NCBI GenBank assembly: GCA_038245855.1
Contig: JBBRSA010000015.1
Location: 8,920 to 72,919, forward strand
Direction of reading: 5' to 3'
Source of the DNA: Burkholderiales bacterium
GTDB taxonomy: Bacteria > Pseudomonadota > Gammaproteobacteria > Burkholderiales > Burkholderiaceae_C
Length of the DNA stretch: 64,000 nucleotides
Shown: one piece after another, positions 1-10,282 of the stretch
Numbering within the stretch: the first letter of the stretch is position 1
Layout of the letters: each line of letters opens with the position of its first letter
Notes under the pieces: model-generated
Told to the model about the DNA's origin: nothing
What the model saw: only the letters and a program-made list of their open reading frames with translations
Database searches by the model: none
Made by a program: the position numbers and the translations under genes

Positions 1-163
1 TGACATGGGTCGTGACCTGCGCCAGCAACGTTCCACCAAAAGGGGCTGCCACCTGAGCCACCGATGCGGTGACGGTGTTGGTGTTTAAGGCGGTTGCTTG
101 CGCGACGCCGAATGTGCCGAGCAGCGCCAATGCCAGCACGCTGTGTTTAGTTTTCAATTTCAT
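1..163 (-). CDS. secreted protein, N-terminal part only (gene runs off the left edge)
   Basis: ATG at 163-161 preceded by GGAG. Translation MKLKTKHSVLALALLGTFGVAQA... is a typical signal peptide. Absent from the ORF track because it is truncated. Confidence 0.5.
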   Translation of the reverse strand, partial: MKLKTKHSVLALALLGTFGVAQATALNTNTVTASVAQVAAPFGGTLLAQVTTHV

Positions 164-335
164 AAGGTACTCCAAAGGGTTTAAAAGTTGCGAGAGCCGC
201 CTGGCAATACACCACGCGACCCAACTGCAGGTTAGGGCTTGCGGCGAGCGCGGTCTGTGCGATGCGACACTTAGAGCGGGCATATTGAAAACGCGGCGCA
301 AAGGCCTGCGCCAGCGAGAGCTGCGGCGCCAATTG

Positions 336-406
336 CTACAAATAACATAGCTGCCTACGCATTGTTTTAGAGGGCTAGAGGCCTAAATTGCCATAAACTT
401 TTGTAG
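336..406 (+). repeat. copy 1 of a dispersed ~71-nt AT-rich repeat (core ATAGCTGC..CGCA..GAGGGCTAGAGGC..ATTTG)
   Basis: ctacaaataacatagctgcctacgcattgttttagagggctagaggcctaaattgccataaacttttgtag. Aligns position by position with 8053-8125(-), 42452-42522, 54890-54961 and 56560-56630. Intergenic, with termini ctacaaa/tttgtag inverted. Confidence 0.8.
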
Positions 407-463
407 TGTGACGTGTGTGTTTCACCTCATCACGCGTCACCACGTGTCACCACGGGCAGGCAA

Positions 464-479
464 TGTGCGCTGGCGCACA
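464..479 (+). promoter_or_regulatory. CRP-type palindrome box 1 (TGTGCGCTGGCGCACA), candidate activator site for the cheB/R-kinase operon
   Basis: Perfect TGTGC-N6-GCACA followed by GAC. 21 nt later comes TACGGT (501-506). Upstream of the ATG at 665. Confidence 0.6.
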
Positions 480-664
480 GACCGTTGCCATAGGCTGCGT
501 TACGGTCCGAGATGCCCAGCGCCCAAGGCGTCTAAAGCGACTAAGAATCCGCTGTTTTGGTGTGTGGGGCGGTGCGCGGGGGCTAGGCCCTGTCTAGGGA
601 TAAACTGGTTGTGCTCAAGTCCGGCAATGTGCCAGTCGACGGCGCCTTGCGAACGGAGAAGAGC

Positions 665-3600
665 ATGACAAGCAAAAAAAAGACCCCTATTGCGCCCATT
701 GCGCCCATTGCGACCATTGAACCCAGTGCAGCGGTTGCGCCTTTACAGCTTGGCCAGAGCCCCGTTGCCAGTTTCCCCATCGTTGGCATCGGCGCCTCCG
801 CCGGCGGCCTGGCGGCGTTTGAAGCCTTTTTTGCGGGTATGCCCGGCGATGCAGACCCCGACATGGCATTTGTGTTGGTGCAGCACCTAGCGCCCGACCA
901 CAAAAGTATTCTGACCGAGCTGATCCAGCGCTACACCCGCATGAAGGTGTTCGAGGTAGAAGACGGCATGGTGGTGCAGCCCAATTGCGCCTACATCATT
1001 CCGCCCAACCGCGACATGGCCTTTTTGAATGGCGCCCTGCACCTGCTGGAGCCTTCTGCACCGCGCGGCCAGCGCCTGCCCATCGACTTCTTGTTTCGTT
1101 CACTGGCGCAAGACCAGTGCGAGCGGGCCATTTGCATCGTGCTGTCGGGCACCGGCAGTGATGGTGCATTAGGCGTGCGGGCCATCAAGGATGCGGGCGG
1201 CATGGTGATGGTGCAGTCGCCTGCCACCGCTGAGTTCGATGGCATGCCCCGCAGTGCGGTGGCCACCGGCGTGGTGGATTACGAGTTACCGCCCTCTGAA
1301 ATGGCTGCCCAGCTAATGAATTACGTGGCCCACGCGTTTGGCAAACTGCCGCGCCTGACCGTGCAGGTGGCGCCGCAAAATGGCAATGCGCTCAAAAGAA
1401 TTTTTATATTGTTGCGGGCGCAAACCAGCCACGACTTTTCGCAGTACAAACCCAGCACCATTTACCGCCGTATTGAGCGGCGCATGGCGGTGAACCAGAT
1501 TGAGACGGTAGACGGCTACGTCAAGTTTTTGCAGCAATCGTCCCAAGAGGTGGAGGCGCTGTTTCGCGACCTGCTGATTGGGGTGACCAATTTCTTTCGT
1601 GACCCCGAGGTGTTCCGAACCCTGGAAGATCAGGTTATTCCCAAGCTCTTTGACAACAAGCCCGCAGGCAGTGTGGTGCGGGTATGGTCCACCGGCTGCT
1701 CTACGGGGGAAGAGGCCTATTCCATCGCTATTCTTCTGCAAGAGCGCATGGAAGCCCTCAAACAGCGCTACACCGTGCAGGTGTTTGCCACCGACATCGA
1801 CAGCCGGGCCATTGCCACGGCCCGGCTGGGGTTGTACCCGGCGGGTATTGCGGCCGACATTACGCCGCAACGGCTGGCGCGCTTTTTCACACCCGAGTCC
1901 GACGGCAGTGGCTACCGCATTCACAAGTCGATTCGCGACATGCTGGTGTTCTCTGAGCAAGACGTGCTCAAAGACCCGCCGTTCTCTAAGCTCGATCTGG
2001 TGAGTTGCCGAAACCTTTTGATCTACCTGGACGGGAATTTACAAAAGCGCTTGATCCCCCTGTTTCACTACGCGCTCAATCCCAATGGCATGCTGTTCTT
2101 GGGTAGCTCGGAAGGCGTGGGCGACTTTCATGATTTGTTCCATACGCTGGACCGCAAAGCCAAGCTATTCCAACGCAAGCCCGATTTTCACGGCATGCAG
2201 CGTGCGGTGCCCAGCCGCTTTTTGCCGGCCCCGGGCGCGGTCGATGTGGTGCCCACCGCAGGTGCCGCCAAGGCCGCAGCCCCTGCCAAGCTGCCGCTGC
2301 GCGATCTGACCGAACAGGCGCTCTTGAACGCGCTGGCGCCGCCCAGCGCGCTGGTGAACCGGGCGGGGGACATTCTTTATGTGTATGGCCGCACGGGCAT
2401 GTACCTGGAGCCGGCCTCGGGCGAGTCGGGTGTGAACAATATTCTGAAAATGGCGCGCGAAGGCTTGCGCCAAGACCTGACCATTGCCTTGCGCAAAGCC
2501 GTTAGCACCCATGAGACGGTGCGCGCCATGGGTCTGAGCATCAAAACCAATGGTCACTTCACCACCACGCACCTCAGCGTTTCGCCGGTTTCGATGGTTG
2601 CACCGGGTGCGACGGGCATAGCGGAGGATGCCGATTCGTCTCTCTACCTGGTGATGCTGCAAGCTGCGCCGGAACAAGGCCACGGCGTGACCCCGTTGCA
2701 TGTGGTGCGACCGTCGGCGCCACACTCCGAATCGGAAGCCAGCGCCGACGCCGCGGCCCAGATCGCCGCACTGCGCCACGAGTTGCGGGCCAAAGACGAA
2801 TACCTGCAGACCACGCATGAAGAGCTGGAGACCTCGAACGAAGAGCTCAAGTCGTCCAACGAAGAAATGCAATCGGTCAACGAGGAGCTGCAGTCGACCA
2901 ACGAAGAGCTGGAAACCTCGAAAGAAGAACTGCAGTCGGTCAACGAAGAACTGGCCACGGTCAATAACGAGCTGCAAACCAAGGTGGCCGACTTGTCACG
3001 CTCCAACAACGACATGAACAACCTGCTGGCCGGCACCGGTGTTGCCACCGTGTTTGTGGACCCGCAGCTGCGCATTTTGCGCTTTACCCCGGCGGTCACG
3101 CAGATCATCAACCTGATTCCGGGTGACGTGGGGCGGCCGGTGGGCCACATCGTCTCGAACCTGGTGGGCTACGACCAATTGGTGCAAGACGCCCAGGCGG
3201 TGCTGAACACCTTGGCGCCCAAAGAGGTGGAACTGCAGACCAAGGCCGGCAAGTGGTACATGATGCGCATCCAGCCCTACCGCACGCTGAACAATGTGAT
3301 TGAGGGCGTGGTGCTGTCGTTTGTGGACATTAACGACATGGTCAAAATACGCACCGCGCTGCACAAGACCAACGAGGTACTGCGCCTGGCCGTGGTGGTG
3401 CGCGATGCGCATGACGCCATCACCGTGCAAGACCTGGATGGCACGATTCTGGCCTGGAACCCCGGTGCGGTGAAGCTGTATGGCTGGTCAGAGGCCGAGG
3501 CACTGGCCATGAATGTGCGCAAGCGCATGCCCGCAGAACAGCATGCGCAAGCCAAGGCGCTGGTGCAGCAGCTCAGCCGGGGTGAAACTGTGGCACCCTA

Positions 3601-3730
3601 CACCGCGCAGCGGCTAAACAAGGCCGGCAATGCGTTGTCGGTACACATCACCGCAACCGGCTTGATTGACCACGCCGGCCAGGTGTATGCCATTGCCACC
3701 ACTGAGCACGTGCAGGATAGTCCGCAATGA
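665..3730 (+). CDS. CheB methylesterase / CheR methyltransferase fusion protein with heptad coiled coil and C-terminal PAS domains
   Basis: ORF 611-3730; ATG 665 has GGAG 6 nt upstream. Contains a CheB-like IVGIGASAGG motif, a CheR SAM-methyltransferase region, seven EELxSxN heptads and PAS-like C-terminal modules. Confidence 0.9.
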   Translation: MTSKKKTPIAPIAPIATIEPSAAVAPLQLGQSPVASFPIVGIGASAGGLAAFEAFFAGMPGDADPDMAFVLVQHLAPDHKSILTELIQRYTRMKVFEVEDGMVVQPNCAYIIPPNRDMAFLNGALHLLEPSAPRGQRLPIDFLFRSLAQDQCERAICIVLSGTGSDGALGVRAIKDAGGMVMVQSPATAEFDGMPRSAVATGVVDYELPPSEMAAQLMNYVAHAFGKLPRLTVQVAPQNGNALKRIFILLRAQTSHDFSQYKPSTIYRRIERRMAVNQIETVDGYVKFLQQSSQEVEALFRDLLIGVTNFFRDPEVFRTLEDQVIPKLFDNKPAGSVVRVWSTGCSTGEEAYSIAILLQERMEALKQRYTVQVFATDIDSRAIATARLGLYPAGIAADITPQRLARFFTPESDGSGYRIHKSIRDMLVFSEQDVLKDPPFSKLDLVSCRNLLIYLDGNLQKRLIPLFHYALNPNGMLFLGSSEGVGDFHDLFHTLDRKAKLFQRKPDFHGMQRAVPSRFLPAPGAVDVVPTAGAAKAAAPAKLPLRDLTEQALLNALAPPSALVNRAGDILYVYGRTGMYLEPASGESGVNNILKMAREGLRQDLTIALRKAVSTHETVRAMGLSIKTNGHFTTTHLSVSPVSMVAPGATGIAEDADSSLYLVMLQAAPEQGHGVTPLHVVRPSAPHSESEASADAAAQIAALRHELRAKDEYLQTTHEELETSNEELKSSNEEMQSVNEELQSTNEELETSKEELQSVNEELATVNNELQTKVADLSRSNNDMNNLLAGTGVATVFVDPQLRILRFTPAVTQIINLIPGDVGRPVGHIVSNLVGYDQLVQDAQAVLNTLAPKEVELQTKAGKWYMMRIQPYRTLNNVIEGVVLSFVDINDMVKIRTALHKTNEVLRLAVVVRDAHDAITVQDLDGTILAWNPGAVKLYGWSEAEALAMNVRKRMPAEQHAQAKALVQQLSRGETVAPYTAQRLNKAGNALSVHITATGLIDHAGQVYAIATTEHVQDSPQ

Positions 3731-5544
3731 GCCAACCCATGCAACCAGAGGCCCCCCTCATGTCAAACACAAACTCCGGCTTTGGGCCACTACTGCGCCG
3801 CCGGGCCGATGCCATTGCCGCGGCAACGGCCACCGATGCGTTTGAGGAAATTGTGAGCTTGGCGCCCAATGAAATACGGGCCACCTTGCACGAACTGCGG
3901 GTGCACCAGATCGAGCTGGGCATGCAAAACGAAGAGCTGCGCCGCGCGCAGGTGCAACTGGACGCCTCGCGGGCCCTCTATTTCGATCTGTACGACCTAG
4001 CGCCAGTGGGCTATTGCACCCTGAGCAAAGAGGGTGTGATTTTACATGCCAACTTGACCGCGGGCACCCTGCTGGGCCAGGCCCGCTCGCAGTTGATCGG
4101 CAAACCCATCTGCCGCTTTATCCTGAAAGCAGACCAAGATGTGTACTACCTGCACCGCAAAATGCTCTTGGAACACGGCGACTTGCAATCGTGTGAGTTG
4201 CACATGGTGCGAGGCGACGGACTTACGTTTTGGGCGAACCTGGTGTCCTCTGGGGTGGAAGACCCCGATGGCGTGGCGGTGCACCGTGTCGTTTTGAGCG
4301 ACATTTCAGACCGCAAACGCATGGAGCGGTCACTGCAAGAAAAAAACGCCGCATTGGAAGATGCGACGCAGGTGGCAGAAAAAGCCAACCGGGCCAAGTC
4401 TGAATTTCTGTCGAGCATGAGCCATGAGTTTCGCACCCCGCTCAACGCCATCTTGGGGTTTGCCCAATTGATGGAGGCCGGTGCACCGGCGCCCACGCCG
4501 GGTCAAAAATCCAGAATCGACCAAATTTTGAAGGCGGGTTGGTACCTGCTGGAGTTGGTGAACGAGATTTTGGACCTGGCGGTGATTGAGTCGGGCAGCG
4601 TGTCATTGACCATGGAGCCCTTGCTGCTGTGCGATGTGCTAACCGACTGCGAGGCCATGATCGAGCCCTTGGCGCAGACCAATGGCATTGCCGTCTCTTA
4701 CTGCCCGGTCGACCCGACTTGTTTTGTACACGCCGACCATTTGCACCTGAAGCAGGTGCTGATCAATTTGATCAGCAACGCGATCAAATACAACCGCGCC
4801 GGCGGCACCGTGACCGTGACGTGCGGCCTGGGCCCGAGTGGGCGCATACGCATTAGTGTGCGCGACACCGGCCACGGTTTGTCGGCCGATAAATTGAACC
4901 ATTTGTTTCAACCGTTTAACCGCTTGGGGCAAGAGGCCGGGGCCGTGAAAGGCACCGGCATTGGCCTGGTGGTGAGCAAACGTTTGGTGGAGCTGATGGG
5001 CGGCGAAATCGGGGTGCACAGCACCGTGGGCGAAGGCACGGTTTTTTGGTTTGAGTTGGACATGACGCATGCCCCCTCACCCGTGGCAGAGAGTGGGGCT
5101 TGCGAGCTGCACGGTGGCTCTAGGCCAGCGCCCCTGCACGGCGAACCGCTACAACATACCGTTTTGTATGTAGAAGACAACCTAGAGAACCTGCAACTGG
5201 TGGAGGAACTCATTGAGCGGCGACCCGAGCTGCATTTACTCACCGCCCGTGACGCGGTCAGCGGCATTGCACTGGCGCGCATCCACCAGCCCACGCTGAT
5301 TCTGATGGACATTCAGCTGCCGGGCATGAGTGGAATCGAGGCGCTCAAGGTGTTGCGTGAAGACCCGGTCACCCAGCACATACCCGTGCTGGCACTGACT
5401 GCCAATGCCATGGAATCGGGAATTGAACACGGCCTAGAGGCGGGGTTTTTTCGCTACATCACCAAGCCGATCAAGATCACCGCTTTTATGGATGTGTTGG
5501 ACGAGGCGCTGGTATTTGCGCACTCCAGCTGGCCGCCACTTTAG
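3727..5544 (+). CDS. PAS-containing hybrid sensor histidine kinase/response regulator (paralogue 1)
   Basis: ATGA overlap with the upstream gene. H-box SSMSHEFRTPLNAILGF, HATPase motifs (DTGHGL, GTGIGL) and a C-terminal REC domain (LMDIQLPGMSG). Confidence 0.9.
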   Translation: MSQPMQPEAPLMSNTNSGFGPLLRRRADAIAAATATDAFEEIVSLAPNEIRATLHELRVHQIELGMQNEELRRAQVQLDASRALYFDLYDLAPVGYCTLSKEGVILHANLTAGTLLGQARSQLIGKPICRFILKADQDVYYLHRKMLLEHGDLQSCELHMVRGDGLTFWANLVSSGVEDPDGVAVHRVVLSDISDRKRMERSLQEKNAALEDATQVAEKANRAKSEFLSSMSHEFRTPLNAILGFAQLMEAGAPAPTPGQKSRIDQILKAGWYLLELVNEILDLAVIESGSVSLTMEPLLLCDVLTDCEAMIEPLAQTNGIAVSYCPVDPTCFVHADHLHLKQVLINLISNAIKYNRAGGTVTVTCGLGPSGRIRISVRDTGHGLSADKLNHLFQPFNRLGQEAGAVKGTGIGLVVSKRLVELMGGEIGVHSTVGEGTVFWFELDMTHAPSPVAESGACELHGGSRPAPLHGEPLQHTVLYVEDNLENLQLVEELIERRPELHLLTARDAVSGIALARIHQPTLILMDIQLPGMSGIEALKVLREDPVTQHIPVLALTANAMESGIEHGLEAGFFRYITKPIKITAFMDVLDEALVFAHSSWPPL

Positions 5545-5891
5545 GCGGCTTCAGCCACCTCACTAGCGGCCACTTCTAGGCAGGCTTTCACGCAGGCCTG
5601 ACAGGCTTTGGCGCATTGCTGGCAATGGTCTGCGGTGTGTTTGGCGCACTCGTCGGCACACGACTGGCAAATGCTGGCGCACAGCTTGCAAATGGCGGCG
5701 GCGTGTTCACTGTCGCGTGCCATGGCCGCCGCAGCGGTGGTGCACATCGCAGCGCAGTCCATGTCCCATGCGATGCACAGGGCCATCATCTTCACGTCGG
5801 GCTCCTTCAGGCAGGCGGTTGAGCAATAGTTGCAGGCCATGGCGCAGTCGTTGCACGCATCAATACAGGTTTGAAAGTTGGAGTGAGTCAT
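5541..5891 (-). CDS. four-helix-bundle copper-binding protein (DUF326, Csp-like, Cys-rich)
   Basis: 116 aa with repeated CxxxC/CxxC motifs (CIDACNDCAMACNYC..., CKLCASICQSCADEC, CQQCAKACQAC). Confidence 0.85.
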   Translation of the reverse strand: MTHSNFQTCIDACNDCAMACNYCSTACLKEPDVKMMALCIAWDMDCAAMCTTAAAAMARDSEHAAAICKLCASICQSCADECAKHTADHCQQCAKACQACVKACLEVAASEVAEAA

Positions 5892-5944
5892 ATCAGTGGT
5901 TTAAAAGTTGAGCGGCCATTGTTCCAATCTGGGTCGCAAAGTTC

Positions 5945-5960
5945 CGTGCGGTAGTGAACA
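5945..5960. promoter_or_regulatory. CRP-type palindrome box 2, degenerate (CGTGCGGTAGTGAACA), possibly bidirectional
   Basis: 8/10 arm matches, followed by GAC. AAAAAT at 5982-5987 on the + side (FMN reductase); AACAAT (rc of 5918-5923) on the - side (copper protein). Both are 21 nt away. Confidence 0.4.
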
Positions 5961-6010
5961 GACGGGCCCTATTCGGGGTGAAAAAATGGCCTCTCAACTC
6001 GGAGAGAACG

Positions 6011-6661
6011 ATGACCAAACCCGTTACCAAACCGCTCACCATTCTGGGCATATCCGGTAGCTTGCGCGCCCACTCCTACAACCACGCGGCCCTGGTGGCA
6101 GCACAGGGGCTTTTGCCCCGGGGTGTGACGCTTAAAATTTTTGACCTGGCGGGTATTCCCTTGTTCAATCAGGACGAAGAAAACACCCCGTCGCCCCGCG
6201 TGGTGGCGTTCAAGAAGAGCATTCGCGCGGCGGACGCCATTCTCATTTCTACGCCAGAGTACAACTACTCGGTGCCAGGTGTCTTGAAGAACGCCATGGA
6301 CTGCGCCTCGCGCCCCTACGGCGACAGCGCGTGGGCGGGTAAACCCATTGCCATCATGGGGGCCTCGGTCAGCACGTTTGGATCGGCCCGCGCGCAGTAC
6401 CACCTGCGCCAGACCTTGGTCGCGTTGGATATGTTGGTGCTGAACCAGCCCGAAGTCATGATTGCCAACGCTGGCGATGTGGAAACGACGTTCAATGCCC
6501 ACGGGAAGTTGATCAATGCCCTCAGCCAAAACATGATTCGCCAGCTCTTGGTGGACCTGGCCGCGTGGACGCGCAAGCTCAAGCCAAAGCAGCCACAAAA
6601 GACGATTCAGACTAAGCAGCCCCATGCGGCGCGGGTGTCCACACTGGCGCATTCGGCATGA
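6011..6661 (+). CDS. NADPH-dependent FMN reductase family protein
   Basis: ATG 6011 with GGAGAG 5 nt upstream. LTILGISGSLRAHSYN... and STPEYNYSVPGVLKNAMD are typical of the family. Confidence 0.85.
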   Translation: MTKPVTKPLTILGISGSLRAHSYNHAALVAAQGLLPRGVTLKIFDLAGIPLFNQDEENTPSPRVVAFKKSIRAADAILISTPEYNYSVPGVLKNAMDCASRPYGDSAWAGKPIAIMGASVSTFGSARAQYHLRQTLVALDMLVLNQPEVMIANAGDVETTFNAHGKLINALSQNMIRQLLVDLAAWTRKLKPKQPQKTIQTKQPHAARVSTLAHSA

Positions 6662-7272
6662 TGGCCAAGGACGGTGCGCCCGGCCACAGCGAGAGCAAGG
6701 TTGCAGTGCGAAAGTGCCCCATTGTGTGTGTTGGTGGCTCGGCCGGTGGGCTAGATGCCTATATTCGGCTGCTGCAAAACCTGCCGGCGGACATGGGCGT
6801 GGCCATTGTCATCGTGAACCACATCACCATCATGCCAACCCAGTTGCATGAGGTGTTGCCGCGCTTTAGCGCCATGCCGGTTGAGCTCATCACGGAGCGC
6901 TTGCGCATTGAACCCAACCACGTTTTCATCATTCCTTCCAACCGCGATTTGCATGTCGATGGAGACGTTTTTTTGCTCAAACCCATCTCCAAACAACGTG
7001 GCTGGCCGGATGTAATCACGGTTTTTCTGCGCTCGCTCACCGAGTTTTGGGACGGCAAACTGATTGCGGTGATTGTGTCCGGCTACGACGGCGACGGTGC
7101 GGCCGCCCTGTGTGGCATCAAAGAAGTGGGCGGCATCACCATTGCACAGAAGCTGAGCACTGCCACCCAGCCCGACATGCCGGAGAGCGCCATTGACAGC
7201 GGGTGCATCGACTATATTTTGTCCCCCGAGGACATTGCCAAAGAAATCGTGCGGATTGCGCGCGAGAACTGA
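6658..7272 (+). CDS. stand-alone CheB-type methylesterase domain protein (no REC domain)
   Basis: ATGA overlap with the FMN reductase gene. IVCVGGSAGGLDAY..., VNH and SGYDGDGA match the CheB Ser/His/Asp catalytic-domain pattern. Confidence 0.8.
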   Translation: MMAKDGAPGHSESKVAVRKCPIVCVGGSAGGLDAYIRLLQNLPADMGVAIVIVNHITIMPTQLHEVLPRFSAMPVELITERLRIEPNHVFIIPSNRDLHVDGDVFLLKPISKQRGWPDVITVFLRSLTEFWDGKLIAVIVSGYDGDGAAALCGIKEVGGITIAQKLSTATQPDMPESAIDSGCIDYILSPEDIAKEIVRIAREN

Positions 7273-7274
7273 GC

Positions 7275-10262
7275 TTAGGCGCTGGGGTGGCCTGGCTGAA
7301 GCAACTGCCGCAACACAAACGGCAATATGCCCCCGGCGCGGTAGTAGTCCACCTCAATGGGGGTGTCAATGCGCAGCAGCAGGGTGTGCGTGGTTTGCGT
7401 GCCATCGGCATGGGTGACGAACAGTTGCGCGTCGCTCTGCGGTGTGAGGCCGGGGTCGGGGACGATGGCAATGGTCTCGGTGCCGGTCAGGCCCAAGGTG
7501 TGCCAGGATTCCCCCGCCTTGAACTGCAGCGGCAACACCCCCAAGCCGACCAGGTTGCTGCGGTGAATGCGCTCAAAGCTCTGCGCCACCACGGCTTTGA
7601 TGCCCAGCAACTGCGTGCCCTTGGCGGCCCAGTCGCGGCTGGACCCGGTGCCGTACTCTTCACCCGCAAACACCACGGTGGGAATGCCCGCCGCCATGTA
7701 GCGGGTGGCGGCGTCATAAATGGGCATCTTTTCGCCTGGCATATCGCCCGGCAGGCTGGCGACAGCGCCGCCGTAGTACAGCGTGACGCCGCCCTCCTCG
7801 CGCGAACCATCGGCCAGCTCCGGAATCATTTGGTTTTTGATGCGCACGTTGGCAAAGGTGCCGCGCACCATGACGTCGTGGTTGCCCCGGCGCGCGCCAT
7901 AGGAGTTGAAATCCGCCTTCTGCACGCCATTGGCCCGCAGCCACTGCCCAGCGGGTGAGCGTTCTGGGATGCTGCCCGCCGGGGAGATGTGGTCGGTGGT
8001 GATGGAGTTTCCAAACAGCGCCATGATGCGGGCACCCCGCACGCTTACCGGCGCAGACGAATTTTTAGTGCCAAATTGGCCTGTAGCCCTCGTAGATACT
8101 GCGTGAGCAGCTCCTGATTCAATAGCAAAATCATCGAAAAACGGTGGTTGTGCAATGTAGGTGCTGGGCGGCCAGGTGTAGGCCGTGCCGGCCACGCCCT
8201 TGATTTTTTCCCACAGTTTGCCGGGCTCGGTTGCCACCTTGGCGTAGTTGGCGCGGAAGGCCTTGCCCTTCATGGCGTACTTCATCAGCGCGTGAATCTC
8301 GTCACTGCTGGGCCAAATGTCGCCCAGGTACACGTCTTTTCCGCCCTTGCCTTGGCCCACGGGCTGGGTCATCAGGTCGACCATCACATTGCCGGCAATG
8401 GCGTAGGCCACCACCAGCGGCGGGCTGGCCAGAAAATTGGCCTTGAGGTTGGGGTGGATGCGGGCCTCGAAGTTGCGGTTGCCCGACAGCACGGCGGCAC
8501 AGACCAGGTCGTTTTTGGTGATGACCGCATTGAGCTCTGGCGCCAGGTCACCCGAGTTGCCAATGCAGGTGGTGCAGCCGTAGCCGGCCAGTGCAAAGCC
8601 CAGTTTCTCTAGGTAGGGCAACAAGCCCGCCTCGGTCAGGTATTCGGTCACGATGCGCGAGCCAGGGGCCAGGGATGTCTTGATGTGCGGCTGCACGCTC
8701 AGGCCCGCCGCGACGGCTTTCTTGGCCAGCAAACCGGCTGCCAGCATCACACTGGGGTTGGAGGTGTTGGTGCAACTGGTGATGGCGGCAATCAGCACAT
8801 CGCCGTTGCCAATGCGCAGGCCGTCGCTCTCAGGGTCTGGCGCGGTGGGGGCAGACACCTGGGCGGGCCCGGGCGCATTGGCCGCGGCTTTGGTGGACTC
8901 TAGCGTCGGGCGGTTGAGTACCATCTCCGCCACGTCGCGGGCTGCGCCCGGGAAAGGGGGTGCGACGACAGGGGCCACGGTCTCGTGCGGCAACGCGGCG
9001 CTGTGCAATGGGTAGCGCAGGGCCAGTTTGCCAGGCAGTTGGTTAAAGCCGTTCTCGGCATTGGATTTGCTAAACAGGCTGGCAAAGGTTGGGGCCACTT
9101 TACCCAGCTCAATGCGGTCTTGTGGCCGTTTGGGGCCGGCCAGGCTGGGGGTTACATCGCCCAGGTCGAGCGACACCACGCTGGTGTAGTCCACCTCACC
9201 GCGTAAGGGAATCCCAAACAAACCTTGCGCCTTGAAGTAGGCCGCAAAGGCCTCGATCTCGGCTTGGGTGCGGCCCGTGCCTTCAAAATAAGCAAGGGTC
9301 TTTTCATCAACCGGAAAAAAGCCCATGGTGGCGCCGTACTCGGGCGCCATATTGGCAATGGTGGCACGGTCGGGCAGCGCCAGGGTGCGTGTGCCTTCGC
9401 CAAAGAATTCGACAAACTTACCCACCACCTTGTGCTGGCGCAGCAGCTCGGTCACGGTGAGCACCAAGTCGGTGGCGGTGACGCCTTCGCGCAGGCGCCC
9501 GGTCAGCTCCATGCCCACCACGTCGGGGGTCAGCAGGTACACCGGCTGGCCCAGCATGGCGGCCTCGGCCTCAATGCCGCCCACGCCCCATCCCACCACG
9601 CCAATGCCGTTGATCATGGTGGTGTGGCTATCGGTGCCCACCAGCGTGTCGGGGTAGTAGATGCCTTTTGCCGACTGGTGCACACCGCGCGCCAAGTACT
9701 CCAGGTTCACCTGGTGCACGATGCCAAAGCCCGGTGGCACCACGCCAAAGGTGTCAAAGGCTTGCATGCCCCATTTCATGAACTCGTAGCGCTCGCGGTT
9801 GCGCACAAATTCGAGCTGCATGTTCAGCTCCAGCGAGTTCTTTTTGCCGTAGTGGTCCACCATGACCGAGTGGTCTACCACCAAGTCCACCGGCACCAGG
9901 GGTTCAATCTTTTTGGGGTCATACCCCAAGCGCTGGGCGGTGCTGCGCATGGCGGCCAGGTCGGCCAACAGCGGCACGCCGGTAAAGTCTTGCAGCACCA
10001 CGCGGCTGACCACAAAGGGGATTTCGTCGGTGCGCTCGGCCACGGGCTGCCACTGGGCCACCTGCGCTACGTGCTCGGCAGTGACCTTTTTGCCATCGCA
10101 GTTGCGCAGCACCGACTCCAGCACGATGCGCATAGAAACCGGCAGGCGCTGGATGTTGGGAAATTGGGCTGCCAGTGCAGGCAGCGAGTACAACTGCCCT
10201 TGCGTACCCGAGGCGGTGCGAAAGCTCGTAAGCGTGTGGGCAAAAGTGTGGGCGAGGGCCAT
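7275..10262 (-). CDS. acnA: aconitate hydratase A (long form, with insertions)
   Basis: ORF 7275-10310; ATG 10262 has AGGAG upstream. Conserved [19 protein letters not shown] and [15 protein letters not shown] motifs. Confidence 0.95.
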   Translation of the reverse strand: MALAHTFAHTLTSFRTASGTQGQLYSLPALAAQFPNIQRLPVSMRIVLESVLRNCDGKKVTAEHVAQVAQWQPVAERTDEIPFVVSRVVLQDFTGVPLLADLAAMRSTAQRLGYDPKKIEPLVPVDLVVDHSVMVDHYGKKNSLELNMQLEFVRNRERYEFMKWGMQAFDTFGVVPPGFGIVHQVNLEYLARGVHQSAKGIYYPDTLVGTDSHTTMINGIGVVGWGVGGIEAEAAMLGQPVYLLTPDVVGMELTGRLREGVTATDLVLTVTELLRQHKVVGKFVEFFGEGTRTLALPDRATIANMAPEYGATMGFFPVDEKTLAYFEGTGRTQAEIEAFAAYFKAQGLFGIPLRGEVDYTSVVSLDLGDVTPSLAGPKRPQDRIELGKVAPTFASLFSKSNAENGFNQLPGKLALRYPLHSAALPHETVAPVVAPPFPGAARDVAEMVLNRPTLESTKAAANAPGPAQVSAPTAPDPESDGLRIGNGDVLIAAITSCTNTSNPSVMLAAGLLAKKAVAAGLSVQPHIKTSLAPGSRIVTEYLTEAGLLPYLEKLGFALAGYGCTTCIGNSGDLAPELNAVITKNDLVCAAVLSGNRNFEARIHPNLKANFLASPPLVVAYAIAGNVMVDLMTQPVGQGKGGKDVYLGDIWPSSDEIHALMKYAMKGKAFRANYAKVATEPGKLWEKIKGVAGTAYTWPPSTYIAQPPFFDDFAIESGAAHAVSTRATGQFGTKNSSAPVSVRGARIMALFGNSITTDHISPAGSIPERSPAGQWLRANGVQKADFNSYGARRGNHDVMVRGTFANVRIKNQMIPELADGSREEGGVTLYYGGAVASLPGDMPGEKMPIYDAATRYMAAGIPTVVFAGEEYGTGSSRDWAAKGTQLLGIKAVVAQSFERIHRSNLVGLGVLPLQFKAGESWHTLGLTGTETIAIVPDPGLTPQSDAQLFVTHADGTQTTHTLLLRIDTPIEVDYYRAGGILPFVLRQLLQPGHPSA
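8053..8125 (-). repeat. copy 2 of the ~71-nt AT-rich repeat, inside acnA and in frame
   Basis: The reverse complement ctattgaatcaggagctgctcacgcagtatctacgagggctacaggccaatttggcactaaaaattcgtctgc aligns with the other copies. Visibly AT-rich patch in a GC-rich gene. Encodes [26 protein letters not shown]. Confidence 0.75.
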
Positions 10263-10282
10263 GTGGAACTCCTGGTGGGTAA

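Noticed and set aside
405-455. TGTGA...TCAC-like strings and tandem GTCACCACG x2 upstream of box 1 (gtgtgacgtgtgtgtttcacc, cgtcaccacgtgtcaccacg).
   Set aside because: The spacing (10 nt) does not fit a CRP-type site, and the short direct repeat occurs only once. There is not enough evidence for any function.
2819-2980. Seven and a half tandem 21-bp units (EELETSN EELKSSN EEMQSVN EELQSTN EELETSK EELQSVN EELATVN NELQ) that look like a DNA tandem repeat.
   Set aside because: The units are diverged at the DNA level. This heptad coiled coil is, as far as I recall, a conserved linker of CheB/CheR-PAS fusion proteins, not a recent expansion or VNTR.
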